Assembly: GCF_902713615.1 (NCBI RefSeq)
Contig: NC_052147.1
Location: 2,976,001 to 3,040,000 of the forward strand
Length of the DNA stretch: 64,000 nucleotides
Direction of reading: 5' to 3'
Source of the DNA: Scyliorhinus canicula
Taxonomy: Eukaryota
Positions 10,962 through 23,700 of the stretch are shown one piece after another. Made by a program: the position numbers and the translations under genes. The notes below the pieces were generated by a model, which ran no database searches, had not been told where the DNA came from, and saw nothing but the letters and a program-made list of their open reading frames with translations. Numbering within the stretch: position 1 is the first letter of the stretch; every line of letters begins with the position of its first letter.

Positions 10962-12722
10962 CCTGACTAGGGTAAGAGTAGGGCCAGTCAAGGACAGTAG
11001 TGGGAAGCTGTGCGTGGAGTCCGAGGAGATAGGAGAGATGCTAAATGAATATTTTTCGTCAGTATTCACACAGGAAAAAGACAATGTTGTCGAGGAGAAT
11101 ACTGAGATACAGGCTACTAGGCTAGAAGGGCTTGAGGTTCATAAGGAGGAGGTGTTAGCAATTCTGGAAAGTGTGAAAATAGATAAGTCCCCTGGGCCGG
11201 ATGGGATTTATCCTAGGATTCCCTGGGAAGCTAGGGAAGAGATTGCTGAGCCTTTGGCGTTGATCTTTATGTCATCATTGTCTACAGGAATAGTGCCAGA
11301 AAACTGGAGGATAGCAAATGTTGTCCCCTTGTTCAAGAAGGGGAGTAGAGACAACTCCGGTAACTATAGACCAGTGAGTCTTACTTCTGTTGTGGGCAAA
11401 GTCTTGGAAAGGTTTATAACAGATAGGATTTATAATCATCTGGAAAGGAATAATTTGATTAGCGATAGTCAACACGGTTTTGTGAAGGGTAGGTCATGCC
11501 TCACAAACCTTATTGAGTTCTTTGAGAAGGTGACCAAACAGGTGGACAAGGGTAAAGCAGTTGATGTGGTGTATATGGATTTCAGTAAAGCATTTGATAA
11601 GGTTCCCTATGGTAGGCTATTGCAGAAAATACGGATGCATGGGATTCAGGGTGATTTAGCAGTTTGGATCAGAAATTGGCTAGCTGGAAGAAGACAAAGG
11701 GTGGTGGTTGATGGGAAATGCTCTGACTGGCTTCCAGTTACTAGTGGTGTACCACAAGGATCTGTTTTGGGGCCACTGCTGTTTGTCATTTTTATAAATG
11801 ACCTGGAGGAGGGCGTAGAAGGATGGGTGAGTAAATTTGCAGATGATACTAAAGTCGGTGGAGTTGTGGACAGTGCGGAAGGATGTTGCAAGTTACAGAG
11901 GAACATAGATAAGCTGCAGAGCTGGGCTGAGAGGTGGCAAATGGAGTTTAATGCAGAAAAGTGTGAGGTGATTCATTTTGGAAGGAATAACAGGAAGACA
12001 GAGTACTGGGCTAATGGTAAGATTCTTGGTAGTGTGGATGAGCAGAGAGATCTCGGTGTCCATGGACATAGATCCCTGAAAGTTGCCACCCAGGTTGATA
12101 TGGTTGTTAAGAAGGCGTACGGTGTGTTAGCTTTCTTGGTAGAGGGATTGAGTTTCGGAGCCATGAGGTCATGTTGCAGCTGTACAATACTCTGGTGCGG
12201 CCGCATTTGGAGTATTGCGTGCAGTTCTGGTCGCTGCATTATAGGAAGGATGTGGAAGCATTGGAAAGGGTGCAGAGGAGATTTACCAGGATGTTGCCTG
12301 GTATGGAGAGAAGATCTTATGAGGGAAGGCTGAGGGATTTGAGGCTGTTTTTGTTAGAGAGAAGAAGGTTAAGAGGTGACTTAATTGAGGCATACAAGAT
12401 GATCAGAGGATTAGATCGGGTGGACCGTGAGAGCCTTTTTCCTCGGATGGTGATGTCTAGCACAAGGGGACATAGCTTTAAATTGAGGGGAGATAGATAT
12501 GGGACAGATGTCAGAGGTAGGTTCTTTACTCAGAGAGTAGTAAGGGCGTGGAATGCCCTGTCTTCAACTGGAATGGACTCGCCAACACTAAATGCATTCA
12601 AATGGTCATTGGATAGACATATGGATGATAAGGGAATAGTGTAGGTGGGCTTTAGAGTGGCTTCACAGGTCGACGCAACATCGAGGGCCGAAGGGCCTGT
12701 ACTGCGCTGTAATGTTCTATGT
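10962..12722 (+). mobile_element. CR1-clade LINE, 5'-truncated ORF2 (reverse transcriptase) with a frameshift and intact 3' tail
   Basis: ORFs 11014-12333 and 12171-12644 carry [54 protein letters not shown]. The 3' end reads GGGCCGAAGGGCCTGT...TTCTATG. Confidence 0.95.
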
Positions 12723-12959
12723 ACTTGTGACACTATTATTATAAAATGATTATTATTATAGATTCTTCGACCAGAGGAAACAATCTCTGTTTCGACCCTG
12801 TCAAACCCTTTCACAATCTTGTAGGTTTCAGTGAGATCACCTCTCATTCTTCTAAACTCCAGAGATTAAAAACGCAGTTTACTCAGACTTTCATCATAGG
12901 ACAAGCCCCGCATCGCAGAGACCAATCTAGTGAACCTTCACTATATATACCCCTTCGAG

Positions 12960-15900
12960 CCTGCTGTGCCATTCATTATCATCAAACTCAGTAACTTTGA
13001 ACCCTTTAGCCCCAAGTGCTATACCTAACTGCTCAAAACATACAATGATTTGGCCTCAGTTGCTTCCTGTGGTAACGAATTCCACAGACTCACCACTCTC
13101 TGGGTGAAGAAATTTCTCCTCATCTCTGTCCTAAATGGTCTACCCCGTATCCTCAGACTGTGACTGCTGGTTCTGTACACACCCACGTGGCATCAGGAAC
13201 ATCCTTTCTGCATCTACCCTGTCCAGTCCTGTTAGAATTCTATAGGTTTCTATGAGATTCCCCCTCATTCTACTGAACTCTAGTGAATATAATCCTAACC
13301 GACACAATCTCTCCTCATACGTCAGTCATGCCATCCCTGGAATCAGTCTGGTAAACCTTCGCTGCACTCCCTCGAGAGCAAGAACATCCTTCCTCAGATA
13401 AGGAGACCAAAACTGCACACAATATTCCAGGTGTGGCCTCACCAAGACACTGTAATAGTAGCAATACATCCCTACTTCTATACTCAACCTCTCGCTCTGA
13501 AGGCCAACATACCATTTGCCTTCTTTACTGTCTGCTGCACCTGCATGCTTACCTTCAGCGACTGGTATATGAGGACATCTAGGTCTCATTGCACATTCCT
13601 CCCTCTAAATCTATAGCAATTCCTGTTTTTGCTACCAAGGTGGATAAACTCCCATTTATCCCTATACAGCATCTGCCATTCATGTGCCCACTCACTCAAC
13701 TTGTCCAAATCACACTGAAGGACCTCTGCATCCTCCTCACAGCTCACCCTCCCACACAACTTTGTGTCATCTGCAAATCTGGAGATAATACATTTAGTTC
13801 CCTCGTCGAAATCATTGATAAATATTGTGACTAGCTAGTGTCCCAGCACCAATCCCTGTGATACCCCACTAGTCACTGCCTGCCATTTGGAAAAAGATCC
13901 TTAATTCCTACTCTTTGTTTCCGTCTGCCAACCAGTTTACTATCCATCTCAATACACTACCCCAATCCCATGTGCTTTAATTTTAAACACTAATCTCTTA
14001 TATCGGACTTTGTCGAAAGTCTTCTGAAAGTCCAGATATCCCACATCCACTGCCTGCCTCTCCATTCTACTAGTTACACCCTCGAAGAATTCCAGTAGAT
14101 TTGTCAAGCATGATTTCCCTTTTGTAAATCCATGCTGACTCCCTCCCATCCTGCCTCTGTTTTCCAAGTGCTGTGCTGGTTTAGCACAGGGCTAAAGAGC
14201 TGGCTTTGAAAGCAGACCAAGGCAGGCCAGCAGCATGGTTCAATTCTCGTACCAGCCTCCCCGAACAGGCTGAATGTGGCGACTAGGGGCTTTTCACAGT
14301 AACTTCATTTGAAGCCTACTTGTGACAATAAGCGATTTTCATTTCATTTTTTCATTCATAAAATCGTTTATAGTGGAACTTGAGAAATTTTCCAGAATAC
14401 GGACGGCAGGCTGACTGGTCTATAATTCCGTTTTCTCTCTACCTCCTTTTCAAATAGTGGGATTACATTAGCTATCCACCAATCTGTAGGAACTGTTACA
14501 GAGTCTATAGAATCCTGCAAGGTGACCACTAATGCATCCACTATTTCTGGGGCCATTTCCTTCAGTACTCTGGGATGTAGATTATCAGGCTGTGGGGGTT
14601 TATCGGCCTTCAAACCCATCGATTTCCACAACACCATTTCCCCATTAATGCAGATCACCTTCAATAAACGCTGTGTTACCCAACATTTCTGGTATGTTAT
14701 TTGTGTTCTCCCTTGTGAACCACATATGTATTTAGATGGTCAGCCATTTTTTTGTTCCCCATTATAAATTCCCCAGTTTCTGACTGTTAAGGGACCTACA
14801 TTTGTCTTCACCAATATTTTTCTCTTCACATATCTATGGAAGCTTTTACTGTTGGATTTTATATTCCACACAATCTTATTCTCATACTCTATTTTCCCCT
14901 TCTTAATCAATCCCTTTGTCCTCCTTTCCTGAACTGCTCCCAATTCTCAGATCTGTTGTTTGTATACCTCTTCCTCGGATCTACTACACTCTCTAATTTC
15001 CCCTGTAAGCCATGGATTGGCCACCTTTCTCGATTTACCTTTGTGACAGACAGGAATGAACAATTGTTGCAGCTCCCTCATGCGCTCCTTGAATATTTGC
15101 CATTGCCTATCCACTGTCATCTCCTTAAGTAACATTCTAATCCATCATCGCCAACCTGTACTCATACTATCGTGGTTTCCTTCATTTATAATCGGGACCC
15201 TAGTCTCAGAATCAACTACTTCACTCTCCCTCTTGAAAAAATTCTATCATATTATGGTCACTCATCCACAAGGGGTCGCACACGACAAGATTGCCACTTA
15301 TTCCTTCCTCATTGCACAATACCCCGTTTAGGATAGCCTGTTCTCTAGTTGGTTCCTCAATCTAGTGGCCCAGAAAACCATCCCGTACATACTCCAGGAA
15401 TTCTCCCTCTATTGTATTGTTACTAATTTTACTTTCCCAATCTATATGCAGATTAAAATCACCCATAATTACAGATGTTCCTTTATCGCATGAGTCTCTA
15501 ATTTCCTGTTTAATGCCATTCCCAACATCACCACTGCAGTTTGGAGTTCTATATACAACCCCCAGTAATGATTTTTTCCCCTTGGTGTATCTCAGCTTTA
15601 CCCATACAAATTCCACATCTTTGGAGCGAATATCCTTCATCGCTATTGTGTTCATTTCCGCTTTAACCAGCAATGTCATTCCACTGCCTTTTCCTTTTTG
15701 TCTGTCCTTCCTACATACTGACTACTCCTGGATGTTCAGTTCCCATTCCTGGTCATTCTGCAGCCGTGTCTCCATAATCCCGACTATATCATACCCGTTT
15801 ACATCTATCGTGCAATTAATTAATCCATTTGATTCCTAATGCACCACGCATTAAGGCACAAAGCCTTAAGGCTTGTCTTTTTACCGTTACTTGCCCCGTT

Positions 15901-16430
15901 CCCACTACATTTCTCTCAGGCCCTGTTTGATGCTGGCCTATGATTTCTCTGCCGATCACTTTTCTAATTCCCCTTTCTATCTTTTGTTTTTGTCCATGTT
16001 TCCCCTTCCCATGACCCCTTGCCTAGACTTCCACCTGCCTGCCATTTTAGCTTAAACCCTCCCCAACCACTCTTAACAAATACCTCCCCCGAGGACATCA
16101 GTCCCAGTCCTGCCCAGGTATAACCTGTCCAGTTTGTACAGGTCCCACCTCCCACAGAACCAGTCCCAGGAATCTGAAACCCTCCCCCTCACACCATCTC
16201 CTCAGCCATGTGTTAATCCGGTATAGCTATTTCTGCTCCGACTGGCACACAGCACAGGCGCTAATCCTGCGATCACTATTGTTGAGGTTCTACTTTTCAA
16301 CTTGCTTCCTAACTCCCTGTATTCTGCTTTTAGGACCTCATCCCATTTTTCATCTGTTGTTTGTGCCAATGTACACCACAACCACCGGCTCCCCCTCCAG
16401 AATATCCTGTCATCCGCTGAGGCATAAGCC
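12960..16430 (-). mobile_element. Degraded long CR1 LINE (RT, endonuclease and upstream region), interrupted by a SINE at ~14174
   Basis: Fragmented minus-strand ORFs: [13 protein letters not shown] (13326), QHGFTKGKSCLTN (13949), NYRPVSL (14368), GVVYR..MGDFN endonuclease (15362). Confidence 0.9.
14174..14357 (+). mobile_element. Short tRNA-derived SINE with a different head (GCTGGTTTAGCAC...GGTTCAATT) and the ...GTGACAATAA tail
   Basis: Second copy at 38935-39105; tail fragment at 17365-17441 (-). Confidence 0.75.
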
Positions 16431-16455
16431 TTTTTTAATCCAATTCCCCGTTGAT

Positions 16456-16732
16456 AATAATAATCTTTATTATTGTCACAAGTAGGGTTACATTAACACT
16501 GCAATGAAATTACTGGGGAAAAGCCCCTGGTCGCCACATTCCGGTACCCGTTCAGGTACGCAGAGGGAGAATTCAGAATGTCGAGACTGTGGGATGAAAC
16601 AGGAGCACCCGGAGGAAACCCACACAGACACGGGGAGAACGTGCAGACTCCCCACAGACAGTGACCTCAGCCGGGAATCAAACCCAGAACCTGTGAAACA
16701 ACTGTGCTAACCAATGTGTTACCTTGCTGCCT
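16456..16732 (-). mobile_element. V-SINE with GTGACAATAA-type tail, internally deleted
   Basis: Reverse-complement match to the copies at 31996 and 62206. Confidence 0.8.
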
Positions 16733-17554
16733 ATAAGAGCGTTCCTATTGAATGTGCTTCCGCCGCCCCTTTAGGCTGCACCCTCTAGATCACAACAACT
16801 CAGTGTTATAAAGAAGAATATTTGATCCCTCTGTGTGTTTGGTCAATTATTCTAAATCTGTGTCCTTTGGCTATTTTTCCTCTTGCCACAGGGAACAGTT
16901 TCTCCTCATCTACACTCCATAGTCCAAACCAAAATGATTATCATTTGTTAAACCGCTTCTTAACCTTCTCTGCTCCAAGCAGAACAATCCCTGCTTCTCT
17001 GTCTCTCACCACCCCCACTGTCTGTCTTTAGCCTCTGGATCACTGTACTCTGGAATAATGAATAGGCCACGGTGCTGTTTGTGTGATCCTTCAAATGAAC
17101 CCTGTTGTTATTGCCAGCATTCCACCTGGGAATATAGAGGTGAAAATGTTCACATCACGGGAGGAGCTCTGCTCGTGTTTCTAATTGAATTTGATGTGGT
17201 ACAGCTAGTTCACAGGGCTCTCGCTGTCTTTTCATGCATGCTTGATGGGCTGAATGGTCTCCTGTATTTTCATTGAATTTACTGCTTTGCCGTTTTTGTG
17301 CCTGTGCATTTGAAGCCATCAGCTTTATTGGGGAAGTGCCGGCGTCGGAGCCTTTTGTGGTTTGTAATGAAAATGGCTCATTGTCACAAGTAGGCTTCAA
17401 ATGAAGTTACTGTGAAAAGCCCCTAGTCGCCACATTCCGGTGGTTTTCATGGGTTTCAGGATGTTAGAAAAGATGGTTGAAAGTCACCTGCATTTCTATA
17501 GCGCCTTTGATAATTCCCAGGTGTCCCAAAGCGGTTTACCCCAATGAAATATAT

Positions 17555-17685
17555 TTGACAAAGAGTCATCCAGACTCGAAACGTTAGCTCCGTTCTCTCT
17601 CCATAGAGGCTGTCAGACTCGCTGAGATTGTCCACTGTATTCTGTTTTTGTGTCAGATTCCAGCATTCGCAGTAATTTGCTTTGA
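17555..17685 (+). mobile_element. Penelope-like element terminal fragment with a degenerate minimal hammerhead ribozyme motif
   Basis: TTGACAA-A-GAGTC-ATCCA-GACTC-GAAA-CGTT: perfect 5-bp stem II followed by GAAA and palindromic AACGTT. Related degenerate pieces near 18710-18770 and 33015-33100. Confidence 0.55.
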
Positions 17686-17985
17686 AATACATTTGTCGTA
17701 TGGTCACAGTTGTAATGTAGGAAACATGGCAGCAAATTTGCCTACAGCAACCTCCCACAGACAGAAATGTGATTGTAAATGTAATCTATCATTACCAGGA
17801 CACCTATCCATCTCCAAATAGTTGCCATGCGATCTCTTACGCCCTGAGCAGACCGCGATCTTGAACTAAGATCTCAACTGAAAGACGGTGCCTCCAACTG
17901 CGGAACTTGAATCCCTCATGTTGTGAATCTGAGGCCAGAGAACTGCTTACTGGGCAATGCCCAACAGCTGAATGGGGAAATAGGA

Positions 17986-18136
17986 ACAGTAAGAAGTCTT
18001 ACAACACCAGGTTAAAGTCCGGAAGGAGCAGTGCGCCGAAAGCTAGTGTTTGAAACAGACCTGTTGGACTTTAACCTGGTGTTGTCAGACTTCTTACTGT
18101 GCTCACCCCAGTCCAACGCCGGCATCTCCACATCAT
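17986..18136. mobile_element. Short Penelope-like insertion with 35-bp inverted arms and a ~12-bp flanking direct repeat
   Basis: Arms 17986-18020 and 18066-18100 are reverse complements with 1 mismatch. GAAATAGGAACA at 17977-17988 and 18137-18148. Confidence 0.7.
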
Positions 18137-19273
18137 GAAATAGGAACACTCATGGCAGTTGATGCCATGCTGAAAGAGGATGTTGGCTGTGCCTCACTCA
18201 CATCACTCTCTCTGACTCAAGGATTTTGATTAAAGTTTCCATCAGATGTAAAGAATCATCTTGCAGCGCATTGATCAAACGCGTCCTTCCGAAGAGAGCT
18301 AACTTTGGGGGGGTGGGGTGAAATATTGGTGAATGAAGTCGCAGGCACGGGGAGAGCAGCAATATGAGGGGATTGGAGTATTGTTAAAAAATGTATTTGG
18401 TGCTAATGTTAAATGTGTTCAGTATAGCATTGGAGTCACCAGCTGTGGCTACTGTTAAATGGCTTTGATCTTTCAACTGCTGTAGGAATGAGATATCGGA
18501 GTCAGGGTTGGGATTGAGGCTAGCGAATCTTCCTGAGGCAAGGGCCTAAGAGAGCCCAGTGTGTCAGTGCTGAACACTGGAGGATTGGCCCCTGCTCTGC
18601 TGTTGTCTGGGGTGGCTGAATGAATTTGTGAAAGCTATAAACCGCGTCTCTCTTCTAATCTGTCACTTCTCAATTGTGAACCCTGGTTGGAGATGCAAAT
18701 GAAGACATCTCCTATTTCTCTCTCTATTGATGCTGCCAGACCTGCTGAGATTTTCCAGCACTTTGCTTTCTTCGTATCACCTCTAATCTTCACCAATCAC
18801 CTTGAATCTGTTTCCTCTGATTACTGACCTCTGGAAACATTCATCCTTCCTTACACCATTCCTTGAACAAATCCATGTTGATTTTTCATTTATTCACCGA
18901 CATAATCTTCCAAGCGCCAATTAATTTTGTCCCAGATTATTGTTTTCTTCTCAATGATGTTGGGCTGCACCGTGTTTGCTCGGTGTATCCCTTTCTGAGC
19001 AGTCATTTGCATTTTCCTGTCCCCTTTGGCAACATTGCCATGTCTCAGGAGGGTTGGCAGGTTGTGACCAGGTCCTCTGCAATTTCCATCTTTACTCCGC
19101 TCAATAGCCGAGTTGCACCCCACAAGTATCATTATTTTTATCTTATCCAACATCACCACTGCCTCCTCCTTCACTCTGACATTGGCAGCAGTGAAGACCG
19201 AAGCAGTATTCTCATTTAATACCTCACCAAAATCTGCTTCCAAGAAGTTCTTTTTGGTCCCTATTCAACTCAA

Positions 19274-19483
19274 AGAGTGGTTAGGGTGTGGAATGGGCTG
19301 CCTGCTGTGATAGTGGAGTCGGACACATTAGGAACTTTCAAGCGGTTATTGGATAGGCACATGGAGCACACCAGAATGACAGGGAGTGGGATAGCTTGAT
19401 CTTGGTTTCAAACAAAGCTCGGCACAACATCGAGGGCCGAAGGGCCTGTTCTGAGCTGTACTGTTCTATGTACTGTTCTATGT
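19274..19483 (+). mobile_element. CR1 3'-end fragment
   Basis: AGAGTGGTTAGGGTGTGGAATG... through GGGCCGAAGGGCCTGTT...TTCTATG, like the tail at 12530-12722. Confidence 0.85.
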
Positions 19484-19956
19484 AACCCTCTCTTTGATTC
19501 TCTTTTTACTATTTATATGGTTATCAAAGATTTTTGAGTTTCTTTTTCGTTACCTGTTTATTTAGCCTCGTACTCTGACTTCCCTCTCTCTTCCCTTTCC
19601 AGTTCTCCGCTGTACTTCATAAACTGGCATTCATCAAAAGCCTTTTCTTTATATCTTTAGTCAACCAGGAAGCTTTGGATGTCCCTACGTTCACCAACAT
19701 GGGAGTGTCTCTGTTGTACCTAAGCCAGCTTCTCTTTGAAGCTATCTCCCAATGTTACCGTCTTTCATCCGATTTCTGACTCCAGTTCACCTAGACCGGG
19801 TCATTTTTCAACTTGCCGGTTAGCCGCTCGCTAGGTGGTGAAAATGATCACCGCAGACTGAATTTAGTGGCCTTATTTTGTTTCTCACCTGATTTATTTT
19901 AACAACGTGTTTATGCCATTGCGCTGACGATGATGCATCATTTATTTGAAATGCAG

Positions 19957-20053
19957 AACCTGAGCAGGACTCGGAGGCTGATGTGACCTCTCAACTGTCC
20001 GGTCTACAAGTGTCGGAAGGGAGTAAGCAGAGCCAGACAGAGACGGAAAACAG
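19957..20053 (+). CDS. TMED8: TMED8 coding exon 2 (EPEQDSEADVTSQLSGLQVSEGSKQSQTETEN, phase 1 to 2)
   Basis: Acceptor TGCAG|, donor CAG|GTAATC, open in the frame required by exon 1. Sequence poorly conserved, so called from splice signals and phase. Confidence 0.65.
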
Positions 20054-20876
20054 GTAATCGATCTCACTGGTATCGGGAGTGAAGATGGGAGAGTTACAAA
20101 TTGATTAGTCCAACTGGTCCATGTTGATATTTATGCCCGACCTGAACCTTGTCTCATAGTTTATTGCAGCTTATCACCATACCCTTTGTTTCCTTATTTG
20201 TCTCGGTATCATACCTTGTTTTATAATCCATCTGTGCTATTAACCTGCCCGTGGTCGCAAGTTCCACAGTCGCACCACTCTCTGGGTAAAGATATTTCTC
20301 CAGAATTCACAATTGGATTCATTGATGACTGTTATGTAGTTGTGACCTCTAGCTGGGGTTTCGAGTGGAAATATCTCTATGTTATGCCTGTCAAGCCCCT
20401 TTCGTAACCTCAACGGCCACTATCAGGTCACCCTCAATCTTCTCTTTACTGTTCATGTTGTAATTACAGTTAAACTGGTGTTGCCAACTGGAGCAAACAC
20501 TTTCTCAATGACTAGATAAATCTCTTACCGTAGCAGTGTTGACCTTCAAATAATGTTCTGGGATGTGTACGTCACTGGCAAAGCAATATCCATCTCCAAT
20601 TGCCTTGAAGAAGATGGTGGTGAGATACCTTTTTGAACCGCTGAAGTCTGTGTGGTGTAGATAGTCACGGTGATGTTAGGTAAGCTGCTGCAGGATTTTG
20701 GCTCAGTAACACTGAAGGAACAGCGATATGATTTCAAGTCCTAAATATTTTCCTACTTTACAGCAATTATTTCACTTCAAGCAGTGCCTATAACCCGTAA
20801 ATTTAATTGAGACACTCGGGTCTTGCCAGGTGCTACTTCAATGCAAGTTCTTTTGTGCATGGTGTGCGACGCTTAG

Positions 20877-21207
20877 AGAAATAGAATTCCTATAGTACAG
20901 AAGGAGGCCATTTGGCCCATCGAGTCTACACAAACCCTTTGAAAGAGCACCCCATCCAGGCCCAATCCCCTGACCTATCCTTGTAAACCCATAGCCCCAA
21001 CTAACCTTTGGAAACTAAGGGGACAATTGATCAAGGCCAATCACCCTAACCTGCACGGCTTTGGGCTGTGGGATGAAACCGGAGCACCCGGATGAAACCC
21101 ACGCACACACGGGGAGGATGTGCAGACTCCACACAGACAGTGACCCAAGCCGGAATAGAACCTGGGACCCTGGAGCTGTGAAGCAATTGTGCTACCGTGC
21201 TGCCCTT
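20877..21207 (-). mobile_element. HE1/V-SINE-type SINE with CR1-like tail, abutting the end of the CR1 ORF2
   Basis: Reverse-complement match to the copies at 10044 and 33436. Confidence 0.8.
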
Positions 21208-23700
21208 AAGAACAAATTAATCTACACCCCATCATTCTACCGTAATCCATGTACATATCCAATAGCCGCTTGAAGGTTCCTAATGTTTCCGACTCAACTA
21301 CTTCCACAGGCAGTGCATTCCATGCCCCCACTACTCTCTGGGTAAAGAACCTACCTCTGACATCCCCTCTATATCTTCCACCATTTATCTTAAATTTATG
21401 TCCCCTTGTAATGGTTTGTTCCACCCGTGGAAAAAGTCTCTGACTGTCTACTCTATCTATTCCCCATATCATCTTATAAACCTCTATCAAGTCGCCCCTC
21501 ATCCTTCTCCGTTCTAATGAGAAAAGGCCTAGCACCCTCAACCTTTCCTCGTATGACCTACTCTCCATTCCAGGCAACATCCTAGTAAATCTCCTTTGCA
21601 CCTTTTCCAAAGCTTCCACATCCTTCCTAAAATGAGGTGGCCAGTACTGCACACAGTACTCCAAATGTGGCTGTACCAAGGTTTAGTACAGCTGCATCAT
21701 CACTTCACGGCTCTTAAATTCAATCCCTCTGCTAATGAACGCTAGCACACTATAGGCCTTCTTCACAACTCTATCCACTTGAGTGGCAACTTTCAAAGAT
21801 CTATGAACATAGACCCCAAGATCTCTCTGCTCCTCCACATTGCCAAGAACCCTACCATTAACCCTGTATTCCGCATTCATATTTGTCCTTCCAAAATGGA
21901 CAACCTCACACTTTTCAGGGTTAAACTCCACCTGCCACTTCTCATCCCAGCTCTGCATCCTATCTATGTCTCTTTGCAGCCAACAACAGCCCTCCTCACT
22001 ATCCACAATTCCACCAATCTTCGTATCATCTGCAAATTTACTGACCCACCCTTCAACTCCCTCATCCAAGTCATTAATGAAAATCACAAACAGCAGAGGA
22101 CCCAGAACTGATCCCTGTGGTACGCCACTGGTAACTGGGCTCCAGGCTGAATATTTGCCATCCACCACCACTCTCTGACTTCTTTTTTTTTTAATATAAT
22201 TTTTATTGGAATTTTTTACAGAAAATATAAAACGTAACGACAAACAATGAAATGCAACAAAATAACCCATAATAACTGTAACACCCCCAGACCGTATCGA
22301 CGCATGTATCCCATCCCCCACCCCCCCCCAACCCCAATGAACAACAGAAGAACTTAAAAATAAATTTAAATTAAATAAACAAACATAGTCATCGTCTGCC
22401 CCCCCCCCCCCCCCCCCCACACACCTTTTCCCTCCCCCTTCCCCCCCCTTTTCACTCTCTGACTTCTATTGGTTAGCCAGTTCGTTATCCAACTGGCCAA
22501 ATTTCCCACTATCCCATGCCTCCTTACTTTCTGCAAAGCCTACCATGGGGAACCTTATCAAATGCCTTACTAAAATCCATGTACACTACATCCACTGCTT
22601 TACCTTCATCCACATGCTTGGTCACCTCCTCAAAGAAGTCAATAAGACCTGTGAGGCAAGACCTACCCCTCACAAATCCGTGCTGACTATCCCTAATCAA
22701 GCAGTGCCTTTCCAGATGCTCAGAAATCCTATCCCTCAGTACCCTTTCCATTATTTTGCCGGCCACCGAAGTAAGACTAACTGGCCTGTAATTCCCAGGG
22801 TTATCCCTATTCCCTTTTTTGAACAGGGGCACGACATTCGCCACTCTCCAATCCCCTGGTACCACCCCTGTTAACAGTGAGGATGAAAAGATCATTGCCA
22901 ACGGCTCTGCAATTTCATCTCTTGCTTCCCATAGAATCCTTGGATATATCCCGTCAGGCCCGGGGGACTTGTCTATCCTCAAGTTTTTCAAAATGCCCAA
23001 CACATCTTCCTTCCTAACAAGTATCTCCTCGAGCTTACCAGTCTGTTTCACGTTGTCCTCTCCAACAATATGGCCCCTCTCATTCGTAAATACTGAAGAA
23101 AAGTACTCATTAAAGACCTTTCCTATCTCTTCAGACTCAATACACAATCTCCCGCTACTGTCCTTGATCGGACCTACTCTCGCTCTAGTCATTCTCATAT
23201 TTCTCCCATATGTGTAAAAGGCCTTGGGGTTTTCCTTGATCCTACCCGCCAAAGATTTTTCATGCCCTCCTGGCTATCTTGTATCCCTCCAGCGCCCTGT
23301 CTGAACTTTGTTTCCTCAGCCTTACACAAGTCTCCTCCTTCCTCTTAACAAGACATTCAACCTCTCTTGTCAACCATGGTTCCCTCACTCGACCATCTCT
23401 TCCCTGCCTGACAGGGACATACAAATCAAGGACACGTAGTATCTGTTCCTTGAACAAGTTCCACATTTCAATTGTGTCCTTCCCTGACAGCCTATGTTCC
23501 TAACTTATGCACTTCAGTTCTAGCCTGACAGCATCGTATTTACCCTTCCCCCAATTGTAAACCTTGCCCTGTTGCACGCACCTATCCCTCTCCATTACTA
23601 AAGTGAAAGTCACAGAATTGTGGTCACTATCTCCAAAATGCTCCCCCACTAACAAATCTATCACCTGCCCTGGTTCATTACCAAGTACCAAATCCAATAG
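21208..23700 (-). mobile_element. CR1 LINE ORF2, 5'-truncated, interrupted by a 269-bp poly(A) insertion
   Basis: ORFs 21206-21679, 21683-22420, 22524-23252, 23260-23466 and 23500-23697 carry CR1 RT and endonuclease-end motifs. Confidence 0.95.
22184..22452 (-). mobile_element. Short poly(A)-tailed retroposed insert (probable L1-clade 3' end) with 15-bp TSD
   Basis: CACTCTCTGACTTCT at 22169-22183 and 22453-22467. T-run at the left end; AATAAA just inside on the minus strand. Confidence 0.8.
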
